Assembly (NCBI GenBank): GCA_963805855.1
Contig: CAWDVW010000002.1
Coordinates: 448,001-512,000 of the forward strand
Length of the DNA stretch: 64,000 nucleotides
Source: Candidatus Dadabacteria bacterium
Lineage (GTDB): Bacteria > Desulfobacterota_D > UBA1144 > Nemesobacterales > CSP1-2
Reading direction: 5' to 3'
The stretch's first letter is position 1. Each line of letters opens with the position of its first letter. Below, piece after piece: positions 1 through 9,248 of the stretch. The notes under the pieces are model-generated. The model saw nothing but the letters and a program-made list of their open reading frames with translations, was not told where the DNA came from and searched no databases. The translations under genes were made by a program, and so were the position numbers.

Positions 1-167
1 TATTAATCCTTCGATCCGGCTTAGGGCAACTGGGTCATTGCCGCACATAATACTTGTTTTTTGCTATTTAGACTCTGGTGAGATCAGTAGAAATGCGGCT
101 CATTGATTATTAATTGAAGTTATTTAGAATTTAAATATTAATCTAACGATTTGAGGAGGCGTTCCCT

Positions 168-491
168 ATGGCGCTGTACGGTGTATATGGAAGTCATACG
201 ACTGAATCCTGTCCTTTAAATAACAAAGAAATAGCGACAAGGGTAGTCCAGTTATCAAAAATGGATTTATCCCCATTATTGACTAAATATAAAATCAATA
301 AGGTAGTCGCCCAATATCACTCGGCTTTAGAACACACATTGGTTTGGGTGTTTGAAGCCGAAGACCCGCATCTAATTCAGGGATTCTGTGTCGAATCAGG
401 ATTAGCCTCTTTTAACAAACTCACTATCGTACCTCTCATGACTTTTGGAGAAGGGGTTATACCTACTCTCAAAAAGATTCATAATCTTTGA
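168..491 (+). CDS. Small hypothetical protein, probably DUF3303/GYD-like alpha+beta fold
   Basis: 107-aa ORF with SD GAGGAGG at 153-159; HxxESCP N-terminal motif and EH-x4-FEA segment resemble DUF3303-like proteins (recalled, not searched). Confidence 0.6.
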   Translation: MALYGVYGSHTTESCPLNNKEIATRVVQLSKMDLSPLLTKYKINKVVAQYHSALEHTLVWVFEAEDPHLIQGFCVESGLASFNKLTIVPLMTFGEGVIPTLKKIHNL

Positions 492-651
492 TTTAAAGTT
501 GCGAGGCTCACCTCTCAGTACATTATAGGAGGGAGTGCCAGCAAAAAGGTTGAAGTTTTCTTCGAACAGGTTCTGTTTAACTTCGGGAAGGGACGCATCA
601 AGCTGTTAAGTTTTGTAACCTTTTCGATCATTATTTGGTTAATAATAAACA

Positions 652-679
652 TTGACTCATGAATTTTTTATTTTACACT
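652..679 (+). promoter_or_regulatory. Putative sigma70 promoter for the 706..1035 gene
   Basis: TTGACT(652-657), 16 nt, TACACT(674-679), then SD AGGAGGT at 690-696. Confidence 0.5.
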
Positions 680-705
680 TGAAGAAACCAGGAGGTCATA
701 CATAA

Positions 706-1035
706 ATGAACACAAAACTAAATATATTCTTGTTGGCTTTGGTTTTGGTAACATTGTCAGTTGGGGGAAAATCTGATTTTATCATCGAACCCGCGGAGTC
801 GCATGAGTCCTTAGACCTTAATCTAGTTGAAATAGATTTTGACCAAGCTCCCCTCGCATTTTTAGAACAGGAATCGAACTCCGAAATCATCTTGGCTGAG
901 AAGAATTGTGGAAATGAAAGCTGCTTTGACAGAGAATGTTGCTGTCTTAACGTTGAAACTGGCGCACAATGCTGCAGGCCCCGCGGCAACAGCGCAAATT
1001 GCATTGAAGCATGCAAAAAAAGCAAACCGTGCTAA
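706..1035 (+). CDS. Secreted cysteine-rich small protein (signal peptide, acidic segment, 10-Cys C-terminal domain)
   Basis: Strong SD, hydrophobic N-terminus, D/E-rich middle, C-terminal C-C-CCC-CC-C-C-C framework. Confidence 0.7.
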   Translation: MNTKLNIFLLALVLVTLSVGGKSDFIIEPAESHESLDLNLVEIDFDQAPLAFLEQESNSEIILAEKNCGNESCFDRECCCLNVETGAQCCRPRGNSANCIEACKKSKPC

Positions 1036-1160
1036 CGTAAAAAAGTAGTTCGGTAATGAGTCGGGTCCTAAATGACAAAATGAAAACCAACAAGAGATTC
1101 ACAATGAGAGTTAAAGAATTTTTTTATACTATCTATCAGCTAAATTTCTGAAAGTGCAGT

Positions 1161-1772
1161 TTATCCGATTCTTTTTGCAATTATAGTAAAATACTTAATC
1201 AAGTTCAGCGGGTGACATATTTTTTCCTTCATGATCTCAAAGCCGGAACTTTTCAAGCTTTCAATAAGGTCCATTCTTCTATACATTCTTTCATAGGGAT
1301 GTTTAGTCAGTTTTCTCAGGATTCTGCCGGTCGTCGTTTCAAATGTCTCTATTGAATAATCTTCGATCATTAACTCTCCACCTATTTTTAGAACCCTTTT
1401 CAATTCGTTTATGCAATCCTCCCAATTCGGTATATGATGAATAACCCCAAAATCAAATACGGCATCAAACTGTTCATCTATAAATCTCAACTTCGTGGCA
1501 TCACCCAATTCGAAAACTATGGAGTCATCGGCATTATTCATTTTAGCTATATCTACCATCCTTTGATCTAGGTCTATTGCATAAATCTTTTGTGGAGAAA
1601 AATATTTTTTGATCAATCTTGTTCCAATCCCGTTACCGCATCCAATTTCGAGTACGATTTTATTTGAGGGCAAAGACGATAATCTTCTAATTTCCTTTAC
1701 CTCGAATTTATCTTGGAGATAAGCCCTTACACGACTATTTATCACTAAGAACTCAAATCTATTAAGTATCAT
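1161..1772 (-). CDS. Class I SAM-dependent methyltransferase
   Basis: VLEIGCGNG motif I, AIDLD, GDA, FDAVFDFGVIHH, RVLKIGG. Confidence 0.9.
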   Translation of the reverse strand: MILNRFEFLVINSRVRAYLQDKFEVKEIRRLSSLPSNKIVLEIGCGNGIGTRLIKKYFSPQKIYAIDLDQRMVDIAKMNNADDSIVFELGDATKLRFIDEQFDAVFDFGVIHHIPNWEDCINELKRVLKIGGELMIEDYSIETFETTTGRILRKLTKHPYERMYRRMDLIESLKSSGFEIMKEKICHPLNLIKYFTIIAKRIG

Positions 1773-1823
1773 TATTTATCCAAACTCGCCGAAATAAGAT
1801 GTGACACCCGAAGGGTCAACGCA

Positions 1824-2450
1824 TTAGTTTGCCAACATCTCTACCGTGCCCCTCCCCGACGGTGAGCTCAAAATATAGGTCTCAGGACTATCGGGCAATA
1901 TCAGCGGGTAATTAATACCAAGCAGCACACCCACAAAGGAGTTATCTGCAGCTACCAGAAGAACGTACTTACCATCCTCAGGAATCTTCGTCTTCCATAA
2001 ACCCTCATAACTTAGCCCCGTCAATATAAAGTCGTGTTTTCTTTCCCATTCCCTAGGATCGGACGTTAATACATTACCGTTGTAATCCAATACGTAAGCC
2101 ACGGGATAGACAATGGTTTCTCTAAAAACCGATATACACTTACACGAGGTCGTAATCTTGAATGAAGCCATCCTACCAGCGCTTCCCGTGAATTCAAACA
2201 ATCTATAAAACGTTCGGTATCGATGACCGTTAGAAAGCTCAATAATAGAATTTCCTGTACCAAGCTCAAACTCTACAATCTCATTTGGAAAAATCTCCTT
2301 AGCCTGACTGAACTTAATCGCTTCTCTGAATTTATTAGCTACATTATTAGACTCAACAGACTCGATAGAATCATATAAGCTCTGCGGTGAAGCGGCGCAG
2401 CCTAAAAATATGAATAAAATTATGATGCACAATCGATTCTTTGATGTCAT
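1824..2450 (-). CDS. Hypothetical lipoprotein (possibly MalM-like beta fold); probable start ATG at 2450
   Basis: MTSKNRLCIIILFIFLGC lipobox-like signal; lies just downstream of priA on the same strand. Confidence 0.6.
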   Translation of the reverse strand: MTSKNRLCIIILFIFLGCAASPQSLYDSIESVESNNVANKFREAIKFSQAKEIFPNEIVEFELGTGNSIIELSNGHRYRTFYRLFEFTGSAGRMASFKITTSCKCISVFRETIVYPVAYVLDYNGNVLTSDPREWERKHDFILTGLSYEGLWKTKIPEDGKYVLLVAADNSFVGVLLGINYPLILPDSPETYILSSPSGRGTVEMLAN

Positions 2451-2495
2451 AATTTCTACTCTGTCCTCATCCTTTTCGATCCACAAAAAAAACAC

Positions 2496-4916
2496 TCAGT
2501 TAAAATTAAACGGATCCACATCGGTTTGAATCTTAACATTACGCGATATTCTGCTCTCTCTTAAGATCATCGAAAGCTTTTTTGAAAAATTATGAAGTGC
2601 CCTCACGTTCCTCGATTTGAGTAACATTTGATAACGGTATCGATTTCTTATCTTATAGATTGGAGCGGGTGAAGGTCCGAGTATTTTTATCACTCCAATA
2701 GGCATCTTCGACACCAATTTTCTCGCCAGTTCTCCCGCAATCCCGGCCGCGTTTATAGTGTCCGATTCCACTCTACCCTGAAACCTGAAGTTTACCAGCT
2801 TCGAGAATGGAGGGTATTCTAAATCGTCTCGAAGCTTCAATTCCTCTTTTAAAAATCCAACACTGTCCTGTTCTAAAGCGAATTTAATGCTGGGATGCTC
2901 CGGATTAAAAGTCTGAACAATTACCCTTCCCGGCTCATCCCCCCTTCCCGCCCTGCCGGCAACCTGGGTAACCAATTGAAACGTTCTTTCTCCAGCTCTA
3001 AAGTCGGGTATTCCAAGGGACTGGTCCGCGGATACTACTCCCACCAGGGTTACACCAGGAAGGTCGTGTCCTTTAGCAACCATCTGGGTTCCAATAAGGA
3101 CATCCACCTCGCCCTTTTCTAATCTATCATAAAGACGAAGCAGCTTATTTTTACCCACGACCGCATCACTGTCCATTCTGGATATTGCGGCTGTTGGTAA
3201 AATGCTTTTAACCTCATCCTCAATCCTTTGTGTACCCATTCCCAAGCCTCTTAGCTCCTTTCCACATTTCAAACAATGGTCAAACAACTGCTCTGAAATC
3301 CCACAGTAATGACATTTAATCGAATTATCCCTCATATGATATGTCAACGAAATACTACAGTTAGGGCAGGAGACTATCTCCCCACATGCCTGACATGCAA
3401 CGAAGCTTGAAAAACCCCTTCTGTTGAGGAAGAGTATGGTCTGTTTCCCATTATTAGCGTTCTCTATTATCGCTCCCCTCAGAATTTTGGAAAACACCTT
3501 CCGCTTCTCGTTTCTCATGTCAACGATCTCAAGGGCTGGAAGCGTCCTGTCTTCAACCCTCAGAGGAAGTGAAAGATATGTAAACCTCTGTTTTTCTGCA
3601 TTTGCATAAGTTTCAACAGAAGGTGTGGCGGAACCGAGTATCACGACTGAATTTGTCATCTTTCCCAAAACCAGTGCTAAATCCCTTGCGTTATAACAGG
3701 GACTTTCATCCTGTTTATATGATGCCTCATGCTCCTCATCCACCACTATAATCCCCAAATTTTTAAACGGAGCAAAAATAGCAGATCTTGCACCTATAAT
3801 TACACTCACGCTCCCTCTACTTGCCTGCCTCCAGGCGTCGAATCTATCACCTTCACTAAGAGCACTGTGAATAACCCCTACCTTCTTACCAAACCTTCCG
3901 CGAAACCTCTTTACAAGTTGAGGCGTAAGCGAGATTTCAGGCACCAAAACGATTGCCTCCTTTCCCCTTCCGATAACTTCTTCTATTACTCGCAAATAAA
4001 CCTCTGTCTTCCCACTCCCTGTGACACCGTGCAGCAGGTACGGAGCGAACTTTTCCCTGGCTATAGAGTCAGTTATTTCCCGAAACGCCAATTCCTGATC
4101 CGGATTAAGGATCGGTGGACTCTCATGATTTAAAGGGATTACCGAAAACGGATCCCTCGAGATCTCTACCTGTTCTATCTTAATAAATCCGCTTTTGCTT
4201 AATTCTCTAACATGACGGCGGACATCACCGAAAACCTCTTTGATGCTCGTATAAGGAACCTGCTCATGAGAGAGTACATATTCCAGGATCTTTGCCTTAG
4301 CCGGACTCCTCCTCCCAAAAGCTTCATTCATGTTTGAACCTTCTATAGGCGAAAGAATAGTTTCAGTCTTAATCTTAGGGTCCGAACGAAGTTCATAATC
4401 AAATTCGATGAGTTTCTTTCTTCTAAGGGAATTAAGCGTCTCATGAGTAAGTCCATCTAATATGTTAAAGAGCCTTTCAACTGTAATTCCAGGAATACTG
4501 GTTAAAGTTTTTAAAACAACTTCCTCATACTGGCTTAATCGCTTTTTATGTGCGACGTCTTTCTTATATTTGCATAACTTCACAACCCTCCTCAGGCTAA
4601 TCCCAAGACCCCCGGGATGTGCTGCTTTGAGCACAATTCCAAGCGAAGTCATGTAGTACCTTGAAACCCACTTCAGAAAATCAAGCCTCTTTTCGTCAAA
4701 GAGCGGCTCCTCGTCAACAATATCACTAGCATCTCTTAGGCTTATCCCCTCCGGAGGCTCGGCAAGTCCAACTATGAAACCCAGCATCTTCCGATTCTTA
4801 AACGGCACTACCACCCGCTTCCCTATCTCAATTCCCCCTCTGAGGTGAGAAGGAACTGAGTAAGAAAATGTATCTTCATTTGGTATGGGTAAAGCAACCT
4901 GTACGACTTCTTTCAT
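2496..4916 (-). CDS. priA: Primosomal protein N' helicase
   Basis: GVTGSGKTEVY Walker A, DEEH box, Cys-rich Zn region, PDFRAGER, C-terminal DVDP; ATG at 4916 (track uses TTG 4922). Confidence 0.97.
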   Translation of the reverse strand: MKEVVQVALPIPNEDTFSYSVPSHLRGGIEIGKRVVVPFKNRKMLGFIVGLAEPPEGISLRDASDIVDEEPLFDEKRLDFLKWVSRYYMTSLGIVLKAAHPGGLGISLRRVVKLCKYKKDVAHKKRLSQYEEVVLKTLTSIPGITVERLFNILDGLTHETLNSLRRKKLIEFDYELRSDPKIKTETILSPIEGSNMNEAFGRRSPAKAKILEYVLSHEQVPYTSIKEVFGDVRRHVRELSKSGFIKIEQVEISRDPFSVIPLNHESPPILNPDQELAFREITDSIAREKFAPYLLHGVTGSGKTEVYLRVIEEVIGRGKEAIVLVPEISLTPQLVKRFRGRFGKKVGVIHSALSEGDRFDAWRQASRGSVSVIIGARSAIFAPFKNLGIIVVDEEHEASYKQDESPCYNARDLALVLGKMTNSVVILGSATPSVETYANAEKQRFTYLSLPLRVEDRTLPALEIVDMRNEKRKVFSKILRGAIIENANNGKQTILFLNRRGFSSFVACQACGEIVSCPNCSISLTYHMRDNSIKCHYCGISEQLFDHCLKCGKELRGLGMGTQRIEDEVKSILPTAAISRMDSDAVVGKNKLLRLYDRLEKGEVDVLIGTQMVAKGHDLPGVTLVGVVSADQSLGIPDFRAGERTFQLVTQVAGRAGRGDEPGRVIVQTFNPEHPSIKFALEQDSVGFLKEELKLRDDLEYPPFSKLVNFRFQGRVESDTINAAGIAGELARKLVSKMPIGVIKILGPSPAPIYKIRNRYRYQMLLKSRNVRALHNFSKKLSMILRESRISRNVKIQTDVDPFNFN

Positions 4917-4991
4917 GCTCAATTTGAGAGTCTAAACAGTTTAGTTCTTACTATCAATAATCCTGATTTAAAAACGGAGGGGGTTTCTTTT

Positions 4992-5019
4992 GTAGGGGCG
5001 GTCAATTGAACGCCCCTAC
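4992..5019. repeat. GTAG-type REP-like palindrome
   Basis: GTAGGGGCG-N10-CGCCCCTAC. Confidence 0.75.
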
Positions 5020-5038
5020 TCTCGATGCCAATGACAGG

Positions 5039-5062
5039 GATAGGCGGGGTTTTCTAACCTCG
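5039..5062. repeat. Short palindromic repeat (GATAGGCGGGGTTTTCCAACCCCGC family)
   Basis: Similar copies at 59057-59081 and 28188-28209. Confidence 0.65.
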
Positions 5063-5069
5063 TATATCA

Positions 5070-5435
5070 ATTGGATTGGGACATAGTCGTCACGTAGTTG
5101 CCGTCCACCAGCAAGACTGGTGGGTCACCGCAAGACGCAACTTAGAGGGTTAGCCGATAGGATCACAATTGAGAAGTAGCTAGCCCCATCTATCATCATT
5201 CCATAGGGCGGAAGAACCGGGAATAGCAGAGGCTCTTTAAAATCCTAATCAATAGGGAATGAATATGTCTATTTTACCGGGTAGCACAGAGATAGGCAGT
5301 ACTTTCCAGTGCAGGATGAGAACCTGAAGAGTCGCGGCGACGTTCTAAAAAGATGAAATCCCTGCTGTCTGGAATAAAACTTTATCCGTCAAGGACGGAA
5401 TAGTAGCAAGTTCTTTGACAAGACCTACCCAGCGT
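5070..5435 (+). ncRNA. Candidate large structured RNA of unknown class (may instead be a mosaic of repeats)
   Basis: About 10 mutually compatible stems in two multibranch domains, G-U pairs favouring the + strand, no ORF of 60 aa or more. Confidence 0.35.
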
Positions 5436-5483
5436 TTATTACCGAATTAGATGTTCAAAGATCATAATTCGTGCTTTGTATTT

Positions 5484-5535
5484 GTAGGCACAGACTTGTC
5501 TGTGCTATTTTTGGCACGAACAAGTTCGTGCCTAC
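5484..5535. repeat. GTAG-type REP doublet
   Basis: GTAGGCACAGACTTGTCTGTGC ... GGCACGAACAAGTTCGTGCCTAC. Confidence 0.75.
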
Positions 5536-5612
5536 AATGATTGTATACCGTCGGAACTGGGCCCGGTTGAAATGCGCCTTTGATTTTTCAATCAAAAATC
5601 TACAATTTCATG

Positions 5613-5651
5613 CTTCGACAGGCCTGTGCTGAGCTATGCCGAAGTGCTCAG
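5613..5651. repeat. CTTCGACAGGCTCAG-family repeat with a nested opposite-orientation copy
   Basis: CTTCGACAGG[CCTGTGCTGAGCTATGCCGAAGTG]CTCAG. Confidence 0.65.
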
Positions 5652-5729
5652 TGTAAAAGGGTTTTTGAACACTCCAACGTCGAACGAACAAAGCGCCTCC
5701 GGGAGGTGAAAAATCTTTATATCTCTCAT

Positions 5730-6449
5730 TTACCTAGTAGCCCTGAGATTCATATTGAGAAGCCAGTTATGAATTGGCGACATATCTCGAAAGATATTGA
5801 AGCAGTAACCGATAAAATCTTGCGAGTATATTTCCCCGGGAAGGGGGTTTTCGCAATATACGCCTAATCCATTAAATAACAGCCAGTCGGCGTTTGGATG
5901 CCGGGAATCATAACCCCTGGGTACCTTCTTATAATACCTCCACCCAATTGTACATGACGGATTCTTTGTCGCTTCTCTTACAGCGTTTACCATTTCAGCA
6001 CCGTATTTGGGGTGGACGACGGATTCTCTATAAGCCTCTAGTAAATGCCTTGGAAAAATATGAAGACCGACTCCGATAAAGAGTTTCGATTTACTTAAAT
6101 GCAGATAGAATCCGGAGTTATCCAACTTCTTTCGTGGACCTTCCCAAAAGAAAATCCCGAGGTGCGTCTTATAAGGCGTCTTATCTGCACTAAACCTAGT
6201 ATCACGGTTGAGCCTGAAAATTGATCGGTCTCTCCTCGGATCGGCTACCACTCTCGGCGCTATTGACCGAAGCCTTTTCCCCATGTCTACAACAAACCCC
6301 TCCGCAGGTTTCATCACATATTTATCGAAACGCCCCCGGTTCTCCTCAAACCAGCTTTTGTCATTGTGCTTTTCGAGATCGCTGAAAAATTTAAAGAATT
6401 CTTTACTAAAGCCATGGAAGCTTAAATCTTTGAACATAAATTCCTCCAC
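5730..6449 (-). CDS. DUF2461 family protein (TIGR02453-like)
   Basis: HNDKSWFEENR, FRLNRDTRFSADKTPYK, KKVPRGYD..HP motifs. Confidence 0.9.
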   Translation of the reverse strand: MEEFMFKDLSFHGFSKEFFKFFSDLEKHNDKSWFEENRGRFDKYVMKPAEGFVVDMGKRLRSIAPRVVADPRRDRSIFRLNRDTRFSADKTPYKTHLGIFFWEGPRKKLDNSGFYLHLSKSKLFIGVGLHIFPRHLLEAYRESVVHPKYGAEMVNAVREATKNPSCTIGWRYYKKVPRGYDSRHPNADWLLFNGLGVYCENPLPGEIYSQDFIGYCFNIFRDMSPIHNWLLNMNLRATR

Positions 6450-6502
6450 TGCTCGCCTTTAAAGGTCGGATTGCAAAGATTACATAGGGAGTGGTATAAA
6501 CT

Positions 6503-7051
6503 TCATTTGAATGCCACAAAGATAAACAACGGGGGGATATTCAAAAAAACAAAATCATAGCTAATTTGACTGAAATATTTTTTCAAATAACCTACAACGG
6601 TTAGTGTAAATTGGTAGACTAAAAATGTCCCGTTGGTGGACAGAACCTTCCTGGTATTCCCCAATATCTTATGTTTTTCTTCCTTCTTGATAAAAGAGAA
6701 TGGGATACCAGATATGATATAGTCTGCAGTTTCTTCACCACACTGACGTAAGATGTCTTCCACATTTTCCGCCGTATCATTAAAAATTAAAACCCTCGGA
6801 TCCTTGATCTTCTTGAGAACTGAAATCATATCTGTATTTGTTTCAATCAGGATAAGCTTTGACTCAGGACTCATTCTTTCCAGAAGTATTTTTGTGAATA
6901 CGCCAGTCCCCGGACCGTACTCCACAATAATCTTCTTTCCGCTGAAATCCAATTTGTTACAGACCCGCTTGACGGCAAACTTAGACGAGGACACGATTGA
7001 GCCTATCTGTTTGTCCTTTAAAAAATTCTTAAAAAGGTATTTCTTTTCCAT
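6503..7051 (-). CDS. Phospholipid N-methyltransferase (PmtA-like) SAM methyltransferase
   Basis: IGSIVSSS, VEYGPGTGVFT, IISGIPF, FLVYQF, NIPP. Confidence 0.8.
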   Translation of the reverse strand: MEKKYLFKNFLKDKQIGSIVSSSKFAVKRVCNKLDFSGKKIIVEYGPGTGVFTKILLERMSPESKLILIETNTDMISVLKKIKDPRVLIFNDTAENVEDILRQCGEETADYIISGIPFSFIKKEEKHKILGNTRKVLSTNGTFLVYQFTLTVVGYLKKYFSQISYDFVFLNIPPLFIFVAFK

Positions 7052-7249
7052 TTGTCAGTCCTTAAAAAGTGTTTGGGTAATTAAACAGTATCGTAAAGAA
7101 ATGCTTGATTTTAAACTAAATATTCAGAAAATTCAATCAAACCTGTCAAATAGATTGGAATTTCATAATTTAGCGCCTGATTGTCATTTGAAAGGACTAA
7201 TGAAAACTATGATAACTGTCCTATTTTATTAGAACAGCTTAAAAATAAC

Positions 7250-7957
7250 TCATATTTTTCTTACCAGGGAGCTCACGACCTTAAAGGAATTTTTCGCTAC
7301 AACAGGCATAAACCTGTTAAAATCCTTAGGCGCAGTCCCATCTGCTTTGTCCGAGATCGTCCTGACTACAAGAAAAGGAACTCTGTTCAGAGTGCAAACC
7401 ATTGCTACCGCTCCTCCTTCCATCTCAATTGCATCTCCTTTTAGATCTTCTGTAAGATATTTACGACGTTTAGTTTCCTTTTCAGTCATGAATTGATCAC
7501 CTGTTAAAATTCTTCCTTCCATAATCTTCTTACGACTCAGCCTGACCTCCGAAGCAATCGTTCTCAGTTTATCGTCTGCCGCGAAAACCCTATAATCTGT
7601 GTATGGTATAGTTCCGCGGGAAAAACCAAGGGCCTGGACATCCATATCGTGCTGAATACAATCTCAACTGATTACGACATCTCCGATCTCTAACTTCTCA
7701 TTTAAAGCACCGGCCACCCCAGAAAAGACGATAGCCTTCGGGTTATATTGATCAATCAACCGTTCACAAACCATTGCCGCAAAGACTTTACCTACTTCAG
7801 ATTTCACTATTACAACCCTTCTCCCCTGTAATCTGGCCTCATGGAAAGTAAAGCCGCTCCATTACTTTTGCTTAATACCTGCCGAGTGCTCTAAAAACTG
7901 ATCAATTTCAGCATCCATTGAACCAATTATGCCTATTATCTGACTTTTTCGAATCAT
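7250..7957 (-). pseudogene. mtnN: MTA/SAH nucleosidase pseudogene with two in-frame stops
   Basis: Frame from ATG 7957: MIRKSQIIGIIGSMDAE..KQK*(TAA 7862-64)..VGKVFAA..FSGVAGAL..IGDVVIS*(TGA 7664-66)DCIQHDMD..TGDQF..EMEGGA..RTISDKAD. Confidence 0.85.
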
Positions 7958-8027
7958 CTCATTTTGTAAAGTAATCACTTGGATTTACAGGCTAAGGTCA
8001 ATATTAAGGGTTTATAAAATTGCCTGA

Positions 8028-9053
8028 CTACTTCTGTGGCTCGATTATGACCTTGATTGACTCTTTTGATTCAGCCACTAATTGAAAACCTATTCCGGTC
8101 TCCGCCAAGGGAAGCCTGTGAGTAACCATGTCTTTCACATTAACTCTTCCACTCCTTATAAAATCTATTGCCATTGCAAGATCATAAGGGGCCGCAGCGT
8201 ACGAGCTTGTTGTGGTAATTCCACTCCACCAAAGCTCATTGAAGGGTATCTCAATGGTTGTGCCAGGATCAGAGGGCGCAAAGAAAAGTATTGTGCCGCC
8301 CTGTTCAACCAAACCTAAGGATTGTTCGATAGCGGATTGAGCACCCGTACAAACTATTACGAGATCTGCAAGTCTTCCGTCGTTTTCATCGCGCAGTTTT
8401 GAACCTATTTCGTCATTTGCATTTATAATCGCATCCGCTCCAAAGCGCTTTGCGGCATCAAGCTTATAATCGTTGATATCCGTGGCAATAATCCTCCCCG
8501 CACCCTGGGCCTTCACAATCTGAAGATGTAGAAGGCCGGCTATACCGCATCCTATGATCAAAACACTGCTTCCTGAACGAAACCTCGCCAAACGCTGACC
8601 GCGTATAACGCAACCCAGAGGTTCAATAAAGGTACCTTCATCGAACGAAACGCTCTCAGGAAGTAAAAATACACCCCTATCGACATTTATCGCGGGAACC
8701 CTTATAAATTCAGAAAACCCACCGGGGTCGAAACTGGTCATTCTTAGAGTACTGCATGCTGAGTGATTACCCCTCAGGCAAAAATAGCACGTGTTACAGG
8801 GGACGTGATGGGTTGCCATTATCCTATCGCCCTCTTTGAAATGCTTCACCCCATCACCTACCTTTACGATGTCGCCGGAAACCTCATGACCGAGAACTAT
8901 AGGCGCCTTTGGAAGTCTATACCACTCCATTACATCGCTCCCGCAAACACCGCTGGCATGCACACGTAATAGTATCTCACCCGGCCCGATTTCTGGGACT
9001 GACACCTCCTCAATACGTATATCCTGATTGGTATAATACACCGCTACTCTCAT
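8028..9053 (-). CDS. Zn-dependent medium-chain dehydrogenase (sorbitol/threonine DH-like)
   Basis: GVCGSD, GHE, CxxCxxC-x7-C, GCGIAG Rossmann motif. Confidence 0.92.
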   Translation of the reverse strand: MRVAVYYTNQDIRIEEVSVPEIGPGEILLRVHASGVCGSDVMEWYRLPKAPIVLGHEVSGDIVKVGDGVKHFKEGDRIMATHHVPCNTCYFCLRGNHSACSTLRMTSFDPGGFSEFIRVPAINVDRGVFLLPESVSFDEGTFIEPLGCVIRGQRLARFRSGSSVLIIGCGIAGLLHLQIVKAQGAGRIIATDINDYKLDAAKRFGADAIINANDEIGSKLRDENDGRLADLVIVCTGAQSAIEQSLGLVEQGGTILFFAPSDPGTTIEIPFNELWWSGITTTSSYAAAPYDLAMAIDFIRSGRVNVKDMVTHRLPLAETGIGFQLVAESKESIKVIIEPQK

Positions 9054-9248
9054 GAAGGTTCCTTGTTTATGAGAACACCTGAATGAAAAATTTCATTGCG
9101 AACACTTAGATATCCCCACTTTAAAGGCTGATGAGCAATATCTTGAGGCCCAGGCAGGGTTGCTTCATTTTCCTTGCGATGACTCTCAGTTAGATAGAGG
9201 TCTAAAACTAATCGGTAAAATGGTTGAAGGTTGCTATTATTGCACACT

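Noticed and set aside
10-35. RNase P RNA 3' end (CCGGCTTA)
   Set aside because: Lacks the preceding ACAGAA element; the short match is probably chance
696-1025. 109-aa minus-strand ORF opposite the Cys-rich gene, and the many other antisense ORFs in the track
   Set aside because: Shadow frames of well-supported genes on the other strand; no SD or motifs
5324-5360. Hammerhead ribozyme (CUGAAGA followed by a stem)
   Set aside because: The stem is followed by GUUC, not the required GAAA; core incomplete
5580-5867. 95-aa plus-strand ORF
   Set aside because: Runs through repeat DNA and antisense to DUF2461; no recognisable features
7664-7666. Selenocysteine or recoded TGA in mtnN
   Set aside because: An in-frame TAA is also present, the position is not catalytic, and TGA ends many other genes here
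9050-9247. 65-aa ORF between lsrF and the dehydrogenase
   Set aside because: It fills the gap exactly, but has a GTG start with no clear SD and no motif; unsupported, not excluded
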